Origin: Syntrophaceae bacterium
GTDB taxonomy: Bacteria; Desulfobacterota; Syntrophia; Syntrophales; UBA2185
DNA length: 64,000 bases
Reading direction: 5' to 3'
Assembly: GCA_003153775.1 (NCBI GenBank)
Contig: PMBI01000043.1
Coordinates: 33,851 to 97,850, forward strand
Below, one piece after another: positions 38,532 through 47,684 of this stretch. Below the pieces are notes generated by a model. It made no database searches, was not told where the DNA came from, and saw only the letters and a list, made by a program, of their open reading frames with translations. The first letter of the stretch is position 1. Each line of letters starts with the position of its first letter. Position numbers and translations under genes: made by a program.

Positions 38532-39806
38532 ATGAAGATCAGGATATTAATGGTAGTAATGACAGCCGTACTGGTGACATCTTTTTCATATGCCGCAGAG
38601 AAGGGCAAGATTTCTCCATCGACAGCCCCTGGAAACATCGATACAGTGTCGATGATTCCGCCGGCTCCGACCAATCTCATGGCCGCGGCTGATACCGCCG
38701 GTCATGTTAAACTTACTTGGTCATACAGCACTGCTGATGCAAAGAACATAAAGAGCTTTATGGTGGAGCGCCGGCCGGAGGCGGGAGGAGACTATGCGCA
38801 GATCGCCGTCTTAGGCACCGGAGGCTATAATGTCTTCACTGACGAAGATCCCCTGTTGAAACCCGGGGCAAGATATTTTTACCGGATGCGTGCCTATAAC
38901 GGCAGCACGTACTCAGGCTATTCCAATGAATATCCGGCAAATATTTGGAGTAACTGGCCCAGTCCACCCAGCATGATGCAAGTGGAATTTGCCAACCTTG
39001 TAAATGGCATCAAATTACGCTGGCAAGACGCCCAGCGCGAGACAAAATATATTTTATACCGCTATGAGCCGGGCAAAGGCAAACAGCAGATCGCTGAGCT
39101 CCCCGCAAATACCACCCAATATATAGATAACAAGGACCTGAAATTCGATGTTAAATACGTCTATACCTTAACGGCCTACAACTCGAGTGGTGAGGCCTCG
39201 GGCCAATGCGAGGCAATCATACCCGGCCCGTCAGCAGCGCCATCAAATTTTCATGCTCATCCTCCGATGGCCACTTCCAGCAGGACGCTGCAGTTGACTT
39301 GGACAGACAATGCCAGTAATGAGGACGGGTTCTGGATTGCCCGGAGACCATCTTATCAAGGTAATTATCCAAGTTCTCCTACGATAAAGCTGGGACCAAA
39401 TGTGACCACATACCTTGATACAGGCCTGGAGCCGGAAACAACCTACTATTACATTATCGCATCCGTCAGGGCGAACAATGTCACTCCATCGCCGGAGGAA
39501 ACCAGTGCCACGACAAATCCTTATCCACCCGAGAATCTGCAAGCCGCAGCCTCATCTTTATCGGAAGTAAAATTGACCTGGGCGAACCGTTCAAAGACTG
39601 CAGATCTCATCATGATCGAGAGAAGAACGGGAAGCGGCAACTTTGAAAAAATATTTCAGAAGCAACCGGTGGATCTTAACACATATACGGATAAGGGACT
39701 CAAGCCGGGTACATCCTATTCATACAGGCTTGTTGTCATGAAACTGCCGTTCAACGCGTCGGACTACACAGCGGCAGTTTCCATAGTGACCCCTACCGGT
39801 CAGTAG
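38532..39806 (+). CDS. secreted protein with four fibronectin type III repeats
   Basis: It has a signal peptide (MKIRILMVVMTAVLVTSFSYAAE). Four repeats of ~90 aa each begin P-x-P/A-P-x-N-L/F and contain L.W......Y.I.R and Y.Y...A.N. The RBS is GGAGG. Confidence 0.8.
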   Translation: MKIRILMVVMTAVLVTSFSYAAEKGKISPSTAPGNIDTVSMIPPAPTNLMAAADTAGHVKLTWSYSTADAKNIKSFMVERRPEAGGDYAQIAVLGTGGYNVFTDEDPLLKPGARYFYRMRAYNGSTYSGYSNEYPANIWSNWPSPPSMMQVEFANLVNGIKLRWQDAQRETKYILYRYEPGKGKQQIAELPANTTQYIDNKDLKFDVKYVYTLTAYNSSGEASGQCEAIIPGPSAAPSNFHAHPPMATSSRTLQLTWTDNASNEDGFWIARRPSYQGNYPSSPTIKLGPNVTTYLDTGLEPETTYYYIIASVRANNVTPSPEETSATTNPYPPENLQAAASSLSEVKLTWANRSKTADLIMIERRTGSGNFEKIFQKQPVDLNTYTDKGLKPGTSYSYRLVVMKLPFNASDYTAAVSIVTPTGQ

Positions 39807-39849
39807 ACACTCAAAGGCGTAAAGATCTCTCGACAAAAGCATTTCGGCA

Positions 39850-39893
39850 AACAGGAAGGAGACCCGGTATTAACGCGGGTCTCTTTCCTGTTT
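39850..39893 (+). terminator. intrinsic terminator after the FN3 gene
   Basis: The long hairpin is AACAGGAAGGAGACCCG ... CGGGTCTCTTTCCTGTT, with one mismatch. Its 3' arm runs into TTTCCTGTTT. Confidence 0.7.
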
Positions 39894-40108
39894 CATCTGA
39901 CTCCTTTTACTTATCGTTGTTGCCTGTATTAGGGTGTAAGTCCCGTCGTACATCGAATGTGTTACAGATGGTTGATATCATTTTCCCGTGACTGATGTTT
40001 ACAAATGCGGCAACCCGGAAAATCCGAGGCATTCACAGCCGGTCATAGTGGAGAAGCAACTTCGCATTAAAGTCAGCGTTCTCCGTTGTACCCCGCAGCC
40101 AAATTATA

Positions 40109-40137
40109 TTGACTTGCGTCGCCGCCTCCCCTATACT
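40109..40137 (+). promoter_or_regulatory. sigma70-type promoter
   Basis: The -35 is TTGACT (40109-40114), the spacer is 17 nt, and the -10 is TATACT (40132-40137). Confidence 0.55.
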
Positions 40138-40199
40138 TCGCTGGCTGATGAAGGATAATTTGTTGATGAAAATATTTGCCGGAACGGTGCCTTCCTGAA

Positions 40200-41318
40200 G
40201 TGAAAATAATCATATTATATTTAACGTGCTTCTCACTATGCTTTGCCGCTCTCCCCGTGCGTGCAGAAACGAAGACATTTATCCGTGAATACACATACGA
40301 AGCCGGCGAAATAGACAGCAAGATATCGTGCCGTGCCATCGCCCTTGAACAGGTAAAGAGGCTGCTTCTCGAGGAGCTGGGCACGTACGTGGAAAGCGTT
40401 ACCGTCGTCAGAGATTACCAGGTTGCCAAAGATGAAATAACGACTCTGGCGGCAGGCGTAGTCGAGACAACTATTCTCGAAGAGAAATGGGATGGAAAGG
40501 AATATAGGCTTAAGGCGAAGATAACTGCCGATCCCGACGAGGTTGCCTCCTCGATAGAAAAACTGCGGAATAATCAGCAACTGGTTAAGGATCTTGCAGA
40601 GGCGAGGGACGAGGCGTCACAAGCGCTCAAACAGATCGACGCTTTGCAGCAGCAACTGGCGGCGGCCGAAGCGACCACAGAGAAGCGGGAAGAGTATAAA
40701 AAAGCAGTTAATACGCTGGTAGCCACGGATTGGTTTGAAAAGGGGCAGTACCAAACGTACGCAGGTAATTACCAGGAGGCCCTGAGGGCATATGACATGG
40801 TTGTCGTATTAAGACCCAATGATGCCAAGGTCTACAGCAATCGCGGGGCGCTGTATGTTCAACTTGGAAGGTATGACAGCGCGATGAAGGACATGAATAA
40901 GGCCGTCGCCTTGAACCCCCAGAATAGAACGACCCTTTATAACAGGAATCTTATTTACAAGAAGCTGCAGGAGACCAGGCCCGTTAAGATGCCGCAGAAG
41001 GAGATCCTTCTCAGGAGGTATGACGAGAGGACACAGCTGAGAGACAGGGAAAGGAAGGAGACCGCCGATCGCCTTAAGGTGGGCCAGGATAGAGATAAGC
41101 AGAGACTCCTCAATAAGCCGCCCGACAGACAGCTCAAGGAACGCGATGAACAATTAAGAAGAGACAGGCAACTTGTCCAAAGAAAGAGATCTGAGGATAA
41201 ATATAAACAGAAGGAGCAACGGGAAGACTTGAGGAAGAAAAGAGAAATGGAGGAGAAGAGGAGAAAGCAGAAAAAGCGCGAGCTGCCCAAACCCAGACCG
41301 GAAGACGAGAAAAAATAG
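40200..41318 (+). CDS. secreted TPR-repeat protein with highly charged Arg/Lys/Glu/Asp-rich C-terminal tail
   Basis: A GTG at 40200 gives the signal peptide VKIIILYLTCFSLCFAALPVRA-E. The ORF track starts at a TTG at 40176. The mid region has TPR motifs (YQEALRAYDMVVVLRPNDAKVYSNRGALYVQLGRYDSAMKDMNKAVALNP). The last ~110 aa are low-complexity R/K/E/D. Confidence 0.65.
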   Translation: MKIIILYLTCFSLCFAALPVRAETKTFIREYTYEAGEIDSKISCRAIALEQVKRLLLEELGTYVESVTVVRDYQVAKDEITTLAAGVVETTILEEKWDGKEYRLKAKITADPDEVASSIEKLRNNQQLVKDLAEARDEASQALKQIDALQQQLAAAEATTEKREEYKKAVNTLVATDWFEKGQYQTYAGNYQEALRAYDMVVVLRPNDAKVYSNRGALYVQLGRYDSAMKDMNKAVALNPQNRTTLYNRNLIYKKLQETRPVKMPQKEILLRRYDERTQLRDRERKETADRLKVGQDRDKQRLLNKPPDRQLKERDEQLRRDRQLVQRKRSEDKYKQKEQREDLRKKREMEEKRRKQKKRELPKPRPEDEKK

Positions 41319-41395
41319 AGATGATTAGAGGAGCGTCAGGTGTAAAAAATGAACGGGGATATGGCAGTCATGAAGACTCACCAAGGAGCTGATGT

Positions 41396-42064
41396 ATGCC
41401 TACTATGGAACTAACGAAAGAAGGAGCCGTTTATGTCCTGACCCTGACCAACGGCGCCAACGCCAATACCCTGACCGAAGACGTGGTCGGCGAGTATCAT
41501 GACATAATGGATGAACTTGAAGCCTCCGCAGAGAACTGTGCCTTGATTTTGACGAGCAGTGATCCGAAATTCTGGTGTAATGGCATCAATCTGGATTGGC
41601 TCCTCAAGCAGCCGCACGATTATTTTCCGAAATTCATAGAGATTCTTGACGAATTATTTCTAAGATTCTCCCTGCTCCCCATGCCTACGATCGGGTGTCT
41701 AACGGGTCATGTCTACGCTGGCGGCGCCATTCTCGCCACAACGCTGGATTTCCGCCTAATGAGGGAAGAAAGGGGTTTCTTTTGCTTTCCTGAAGTGGAC
41801 ATCAAGATTCTCTTCAGCCCGATCATGTATGAAATCCTTCTCTTGCTACCAGACCACTACGCTCTGAATGAACTCGTACTCACGGGCAAGCGAGTAGGGG
41901 GCAAGGAGGCGCTGGCCATGAAGATTGTCTCGGCCGTGTACCCCGAAGAAACGCTTTATGATAAGGCAATGGCACTGGCAACAGAGCTGGCCAAGAAAGA
42001 CCGCAGGACATACGCCCATATCAAACGGGGGTTGAGGCAAGCTCTGGTGAAATACACTCTTTGA
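41396..42064 (+). CDS. enoyl-CoA hydratase/isomerase (crotonase) family protein
   Basis: The crotonase-fold pattern is present (VYVLTLTNG..N.L, FWCNGINL, GHVYAGGAILATTLDFRLM). At 222 aa it is a short member, and its substrate is unknown. Confidence 0.7.
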   Translation: MPTMELTKEGAVYVLTLTNGANANTLTEDVVGEYHDIMDELEASAENCALILTSSDPKFWCNGINLDWLLKQPHDYFPKFIEILDELFLRFSLLPMPTIGCLTGHVYAGGAILATTLDFRLMREERGFFCFPEVDIKILFSPIMYEILLLLPDHYALNELVLTGKRVGGKEALAMKIVSAVYPEETLYDKAMALATELAKKDRRTYAHIKRGLRQALVKYTL

Positions 42065-42209
42065 GGATTTTCTGAGAATGCGAGAAAAGGAAATTGCGAA
42101 TATTGCGCACGTTGAGGATAAGTGCAGCAGTCTCCATCTTACAATATTAGATAGACTGCCGTGATTCTTCGTCCCTCGCAATGACGAGGCGAAGCCTTTA
42201 AAAAGATCG

Positions 42210-43574
42210 TCATTCTTTTAGGCCGTATTTTTTAAGTTTGTAGCGCAGCATGCGCTCGCTGATGCCGAGGATTTCGGCGGCCTTTGTCTGATGATCGCCT
42301 GACTTCTCCATGGCCTCGAGAATCAATTTGCGTTCCATTTCTTCAATTGATCCCCGCAGCAAACCCTCTCCCTTTTTCCCTGCATCTTCAGGATAGATCC
42401 TGTCTTCGTCGAATGGCAGGTCATCTATGGAGATGACCGAATTTCGGGATATCACCACAGCGCGTTCAATGATATTTTCCAGTTCCCTGACATTGCCCGG
42501 ATAATCATATTTCAAAAGCAGGTCCCTCGCTTCGCTGGTTATACCCGTCACGGTTTTGCCGTTGTCCGCGGCAAAGCGTTTGAGGAAGTGATCTATGAGC
42601 GGGGGTACGTCTTCCTTTCTCTCTCTCAGGGGGGGTATGTCCATCACAACCACGTTCAACCTGTAGAATAGGTCTTCCCTGAATGTTCCCTCTTTGACCT
42701 TGGATTCCAGATCGCGATTGGTTGCACTGATAATCCGCACATCGGAGTGGATGGTCTGATTGCCGCCCACACGCTGGAATTCGCGCTCCTGCAAAAAGCG
42801 AAGTAATTTTACCTGGACGGAAGTGGTTATATCGCCAATCTCGTCCAAGAAGAGGGTCCCGCCGTCGGCTTCCTCAAATCTGCCAATCCTTCTCGCCGTT
42901 GCACCTGTGAATGCCCCTTTTTCATGACCGAAGAGCTCGCTCTCCAAGAGGCTCTCCGGGAGTGCGCTGCAGTTTACCACACTGATCAGTTTTGCTGAAC
43001 GGGGGCTGAGATTGTGGATCAACCTGGCCAGCAATTCCTTGCCCGTTCCGCTTTCTCCCTTGATAAGAACAGTGGCGCGGCTCACTGCGATTCTGCTCGC
43101 CATATTGATCAGGACATCCATTTTATGACTCTGATAAATGATCTTGTCCATGGTGACGCCCTTCTCCGAGAGTTCCTGACGGAGAATCTCATTTTCACGG
43201 ATCAGGGTACGCCGCTCTGATACTCGATCCACGTGGATCAGGAGTTCATCGAATTCAACAGGTTTTGTAATATAGTCTATGGCGCCGGCTTTCATGGCGT
43301 CCACTGCCGTTTCTATCGTTCCGTATGCGGTAATGATAATCACGTCGATTTCCGGATTGATTTTCTTCACCTCTTTGAGGACCTGCATGCCATCCATGCC
43401 CGGCATCTTGTAATCCAGGAGGATCATATCAAAATGACCCTTTAAAACGGACTGGATGGCGGTGTCTCCATTCTCAGCCTCCGCTACACTATGTCCTTCT
43501 CTGACGAGAAAATCGCGGAGCATCTCTCGCTGGGACTGGCCATCCTCGACCACGAGTATGTTTAACTTCTTCAT
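42210..43574 (-). CDS. sigma54-dependent response regulator (NtrC family enhancer-binding protein)
   Basis: The REC domain has ILVVEDG...DMILLDYKMPGMDG. The AAA+ domain has GESGTGKE and the sigma54-contact motif GAFTGA. The C-terminal Fis-type HTH is AAEILGISERMLRYKLKKYGL. Confidence 0.92.
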   Translation of the reverse strand: MKKLNILVVEDGQSQREMLRDFLVREGHSVAEAENGDTAIQSVLKGHFDMILLDYKMPGMDGMQVLKEVKKINPEIDVIIITAYGTIETAVDAMKAGAIDYITKPVEFDELLIHVDRVSERRTLIRENEILRQELSEKGVTMDKIIYQSHKMDVLINMASRIAVSRATVLIKGESGTGKELLARLIHNLSPRSAKLISVVNCSALPESLLESELFGHEKGAFTGATARRIGRFEEADGGTLFLDEIGDITTSVQVKLLRFLQEREFQRVGGNQTIHSDVRIISATNRDLESKVKEGTFREDLFYRLNVVVMDIPPLRERKEDVPPLIDHFLKRFAADNGKTVTGITSEARDLLLKYDYPGNVRELENIIERAVVISRNSVISIDDLPFDEDRIYPEDAGKKGEGLLRGSIEEMERKLILEAMEKSGDHQTKAAEILGISERMLRYKLKKYGLKE

Positions 43575-43586
43575 GCCTGAATTCCT

Positions 43587-45374
43587 TTAGACCGTGCCAT
43601 TCTTCTCTCCCACCCTTCCTGCAGGCAGTGATATCTCGAAGGTCGTCCCCGAACCCGGCTGACTTAAAACACGAATCTCTCCCCCGTGACCGCGGATAAT
43701 CTCATGTGCAAGGGGAAGTCCGAGACCCAATCCCTTTTCCTTCGTCGTATATTCAGGATTGAAAATGCGCTCTATCTCTTCAGGGTCCATACCGCATCCA
43801 TCATCGGAAATTTTTATTATGACCCGGTCCTTTCCGCTCGAATCAACGACAATACGGACGGTGCCCTCACCGGAAATGGATTCCATGGCATTCTTTACGA
43901 AATTAAAAATGGCCTGCTGCAGTTTGTCTACGTCCATGGGAATAATTGCATGGTTATCTTTGTACCTGGTATCCAATGTGATCCCTTTTAATTTTGCCTC
44001 TTCCTGAATGAGATTGACAATCTTTTGAAGAACCTCTGCAACAGGATATTCGTGCAGCTCCAAACGCCGGCTCTTTGAGAACGTCAGAAATTCTTCGATA
44101 ATTCCATCCAAACGTCGGATTTCATCACGGATCACACCGGCCAGTGTCTGGAACTCCTTGATCTTGTCCTCATCAGCCGGCATGAACTCCCGCTTCAGTC
44201 TCTGACTGGCCATACTTATGGCATTAAGGGGATTGCGAATCTCATGAGCGACACCTGCGGCGAGCTGCCCAAGGGCAGATAACCTCTCGGCTTTCTCGAG
44301 CTGTCTTTCCATCTCCACAATTCCTGCCAGATGCCTGTTCTGATTGTGATAGAGTATCCACATCGCCAAGAGCGTAATCAAGATTACAGAGGACATAAAG
44401 AAGATCATATTACGCTTGTTCTCAGCAAGGATTTCATCCGTTCCCTCGCGATCAAGACCAAGCCTCGCGACCCCTGCCACCTTGCCGAACAGGTATATGG
44501 GTGCAGCCATCTCCAGAACTTTCTTGTCATGGGAAACAATCTTCCGGCTTTCAAATTTCTTTGTACCGGCAAGGATTTCATCAATACGCATCTTGCCTTG
44601 TTCATCTTTATCAGGTGCCTGCCCCGAACTGCCAAGGATCATGTCACGCTGATCCATGATCTTAATATAGACCAAACCCTGTCCCTGCCCCAATCTCTCC
44701 AGGGCCTTTTCTATGGATACCTTAATGCCCCAATATCTTTGCCCGTCGCGATCCAGAGCGATAATGACTGTCCCGCTCCCATCCGTTCGCCGTAATGCTA
44801 CAAAACCGATCTTCTTGTCCTTGCCAAGCCTTGAGAAAAGATCAATGGTGATGGCGTCTCTTCCCAAAACCCTGTCCGCATCTCCGCCAATGAGGTCCGC
44901 ATGCAGAGCCCTGCTCTGGTAGACGACCTTTCCCCTTCTATCCAAGACGGCCACAAACCATAGACCCTTCTCTTCGGCAAATTTTCCCAGATATTCGTCG
45001 CTCAGGTGATGCGCCTTCCATTGATTATCAATTTCGCGTCCCATATCCACAAGGGCAGCTGTTAGTGACTTCTGCGGTAATAAGGCCTCATCAACAGGGG
45101 GAGCAAAGGTACCGCCGCTATCCCTCTGATAAGCCTGAATCAGCGCATTGAGGTTTTCCTGGGCAAGCCTCTCAACAACCCCGATTATGGCCAGGCCCTG
45201 GCTCTCCATGAAACCCATAAGGCTCCTGTCGCTTCGCCGGATGTCCATGATCCCCATGATCAGAATAAGACAGATGAAGACGGTACAGACAATCGTAACG
45301 GCGATGGGCTGCAAGAAACGCCGGCCATAGTCGGGAGCGCGGTGCTGCCATATAACTTTATTCTGTGCCTTCAT
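43587..45374 (-). CDS. sensor histidine kinase
   Basis: There are two TM segments flanking a ~270-aa sensor domain. The H-box is HEIRNPLNAI, the N-box is NFVKNAMES, and the G-boxes are DDGCGM and GLGLGLPLAHEII. Confidence 0.9.
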   Translation of the reverse strand: MKAQNKVIWQHRAPDYGRRFLQPIAVTIVCTVFICLILIMGIMDIRRSDRSLMGFMESQGLAIIGVVERLAQENLNALIQAYQRDSGGTFAPPVDEALLPQKSLTAALVDMGREIDNQWKAHHLSDEYLGKFAEEKGLWFVAVLDRRGKVVYQSRALHADLIGGDADRVLGRDAITIDLFSRLGKDKKIGFVALRRTDGSGTVIIALDRDGQRYWGIKVSIEKALERLGQGQGLVYIKIMDQRDMILGSSGQAPDKDEQGKMRIDEILAGTKKFESRKIVSHDKKVLEMAAPIYLFGKVAGVARLGLDREGTDEILAENKRNMIFFMSSVILITLLAMWILYHNQNRHLAGIVEMERQLEKAERLSALGQLAAGVAHEIRNPLNAISMASQRLKREFMPADEDKIKEFQTLAGVIRDEIRRLDGIIEEFLTFSKSRRLELHEYPVAEVLQKIVNLIQEEAKLKGITLDTRYKDNHAIIPMDVDKLQQAIFNFVKNAMESISGEGTVRIVVDSSGKDRVIIKISDDGCGMDPEEIERIFNPEYTTKEKGLGLGLPLAHEIIRGHGGEIRVLSQPGSGTTFEISLPAGRVGEKNGTV

Positions 45375-45747
45375 CTACCAATACCCATGCAACTCTTCGT
45401 ATATATTATACTTTATATCTACAACCCCGATTCGTCGCCGCTAAAGGGAAGCAGCGCTTATACTGTCTTTTAGAGGTGTGCCATCATATTTCATCGGCAT
45501 GAAAAGTCAACGAATTCTTTCCCCTAAAATTGCAGAATGGACTGAAAAAATCCGACAATTATGTCGATCCCAAAAACAATTGACGTTCATCTCTTAAGTA
45601 GTTGTTTTTTCAAGCGCTATAACCATTTACCAGCAACCCTCATCGACATTTATTGCCCTTTCCTTTCTTCCGGCGGCCACGCCATTTACCTCAGACATAC
45701 CCCATTAGTTACGTAATATAAATGACTTACACGCATTTGCCGGATCA

Positions 45748-45764
45748 TGGCATGACCTATGCAT
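45748..45764 (+). promoter_or_regulatory. candidate sigma54 (-24/-12) promoter
   Basis: TGGCATGACCTATGCAT has GG at 45749-50 and GC at 45761-62. That is the same spacing as the consensus TGGCACG-N4-TTGCW. Confidence 0.55.
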
Positions 45765-45773
45765 CCTCAAAGC

Positions 45774-45899
45774 ATAACAACAAGTTAATTATCGGTTAAT
45801 AACGGGCATGATTGGCCGGTAGTAAACTCCAAAACTAAGAAGGTAAACACCTTCACTCCTCCTGACCTTGGGGAGACTTCAAGTCTCCCCTTTTTTTTT
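45774..45899 (+). ncRNA. candidate sigma54-dependent small RNA (~125 nt)
   Basis: The predicted start lies ~12 nt after the -12 GC. No RBS-preceded ORF follows. An internal CU-rich anti-SD-like motif CACTCCTCCTGA is at 45854-45865. The element ends in GGGGAGAC-TTCAA-GTCTCCCC (45870-45890) plus T9 (45891-45899). The boundaries are predicted only. Confidence 0.45.
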
Positions 45900-47243
45900 G
45901 CCTTGTTCATGCGCTGACTCTCGCAACTTCCGCCATTTCTCGATTCTATCTTTGATGATCTTCTCATGTCCCCTCGCTGTGGGCCTGTAATAAACCTCTC
46001 CCATGAGTTCGTCCGGCAGATAGTCCTGGGGGACATAGGCATCCTCAAATTCATGGGCGTACTGATAGCCCTTGCCGTAACCAAGATCCTTCATCAAACG
46101 CGTCGGGGCATTCCTTATATGGAGCGGCACGGCGAGGGTGCCGGTTTCGCTTATCCTTTCTTTGACCTTGCCGTAAGCAATATAAAGTGAATTGCTCTTC
46201 GGGGCAGTAGCAAGGTAAACGGCGGCCTGGGCGAGGGCAAGTTCCCCTTCAGGAAGACCGATAAAATGAAATGCCTGCATGGCTGAAACTGAGATTCCGA
46301 GAGCCGCAGGCTCGGCGTTGCCAACATCCTCCGAAGCGAATCTCACCATGCGCCTGGCTATGTAGAGGGGGTCTTCGCCGGCGGCAAGCATGCGGCCCAG
46401 CCAGTAGAGGGCGGCGTCCGGGTCACTGCCACGAAGGCTCTTGTGAAAAGCTGAGATGAGATTGTAGTGTTCCTCACCTCCCTTGTCATACTGCAACGCC
46501 TTCTTCTGGAGGGCTTCCTCCACCACGGCGCGAGTAATTTTTCTTGCGCCCGTCTCCTCTTTTCGCAGGAGAGACGCTGCCGCCTCAAGGCTGTTCAAGG
46601 CCATGCGGGCGTCTCCGTCGGCCGACCAGATTATATGCTCAACCGCGTCCGGTTCTGTCTCGAAAGCAAGGTCTCCTAAGCCCTTTTCTTTGTTATGCAC
46701 GGCCCGGTTGATAATAACCGCCAGTTCGCTGTCTGAATAGGGCTTCAGCAGCATGACCCGCGTCCTGGACAGGAGCGGCGAAATCACTTCAAAGGAGGGA
46801 TTTTCCGTAGTCGCACCAATGAGTGTAATGAGGCCTTTTTCGACATGGGGCAAGAAAGCGTCCTGCTGTGCCTTGTTGAATCTGTGGATTTCATCTACGA
46901 AGAGGATCGTTTTCTTGCGGTGGTAACGCCATTGGGATTGCGCTTCATCAACAACAGCCCGGATCTCTTTGACGCCCGAAAGGACAGCGGAGAAACTCAC
47001 AAAATGGGATTTTGTTTCATGGGCGATGACGCGGGCCAGGGTGGTCTTCCCCGAGCCGGGCGGTCCCCAGAAGATCATCGAAAAAAGCCTGTCTTCTTCA
47101 ATGGCTCGCCGAAGAAGGCTGCCCGGGCCCAAGAGGTGTGACTGCCCGACGAATTCGTTGAGAGCCCGGGGGCGCATCTTATCTGCCAGGGGACTGAGAT
47201 CGATGTCGGTGTCTTTCTGATCAAAGAGATCCATAATAATCAC
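45879..47243 (-). CDS. rarA: replication-associated recombination protein A (AAA+ ATPase RarA/MgsA)
   Basis: FWGPPGSGKTTLA, ILFVDEIHRFNK, LIGATTENPSFE and the C-terminal MgsA domain (YDKGGEEHYNLISAFHKSLRGSD) are present. Confidence 0.92.
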   Translation of the reverse strand: MIIMDLFDQKDTDIDLSPLADKMRPRALNEFVGQSHLLGPGSLLRRAIEEDRLFSMIFWGPPGSGKTTLARVIAHETKSHFVSFSAVLSGVKEIRAVVDEAQSQWRYHRKKTILFVDEIHRFNKAQQDAFLPHVEKGLITLIGATTENPSFEVISPLLSRTRVMLLKPYSDSELAVIINRAVHNKEKGLGDLAFETEPDAVEHIIWSADGDARMALNSLEAAASLLRKEETGARKITRAVVEEALQKKALQYDKGGEEHYNLISAFHKSLRGSDPDAALYWLGRMLAAGEDPLYIARRMVRFASEDVGNAEPAALGISVSAMQAFHFIGLPEGELALAQAAVYLATAPKSNSLYIAYGKVKERISETGTLAVPLHIRNAPTRLMKDLGYGKGYQYAHEFEDAYVPQDYLPDELMGEVYYRPTARGHEKIIKDRIEKWRKLRESAHEQGKKKGET

Positions 47244-47539
47244 TCATCTTTGATTTGAGCACTTTTTTTCGCCGCCTCGACGAGTTCGATAAGCGTTGTG
47301 ATTTTGTCCTTAGGCATCCGACCGATAAAGGCATTCCATGACTCTTCGGTGATGGTTTCTCTCAGGTACTGTTCAATGGGAAAAAAGGGATACCAGCAAC
47401 TGATGATGCGAAGGCACGGCAGGTCTCCGCCCTCCTTCCGGCAGTATGAGAATTTGACTTCACCCCCAAGACGGGAACACCTGAGTTCTAATTGGTCATA
47501 CTTATCCACGATATCAGCTCGCTGCATTAATAATGCCAT
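47240..47539 (-). CDS. hypothetical small protein
   Basis: The ~99-aa ORF starts at the ATG at 47539 (MALLMQRADIV...). Its stop overlaps the rarA start (ATGA). I recognise no family. Confidence 0.4.
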   Translation of the reverse strand: MALLMQRADIVDKYDQLELRCSRLGGEVKFSYCRKEGGDLPCLRIISCWYPFFPIEQYLRETITEESWNAFIGRMPKDKITTLIELVEAAKKSAQIKDE

Positions 47540-47610
47540 TTGAAGCTCTCCGCAGCAAGCTGCGGGCACTGCGTTCGCTACCGAATTCAGGCATGTCTTA
47601 TAACATGTCT

Positions 47611-47659
47611 AAAAACAAATAAGCCGTCAAGGGGAATCTTGTTTTTCCCCTGACGGCTT
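47611..47659 (-). terminator. intrinsic terminator after trpB2
   Basis: The minus-strand hairpin is AAGCCGTCAGGGGAA...TTCCCCTTGACGGCTT (47659-47621). It is followed by ATTTGTTTTT. Confidence 0.75.
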
Positions 47660-47684
47660 AAGCGTTTATGGAAGGCTGATTTAT

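Noticed and set aside
45785-46084. A 99-aa minus-strand ORF overlapping the rarA 3' end and the intergenic region.
   Set aside because: It is out of frame with rarA over the shared part and runs through the terminator hairpin. It has no RBS. The sRNA plus terminator reading explains the region better.
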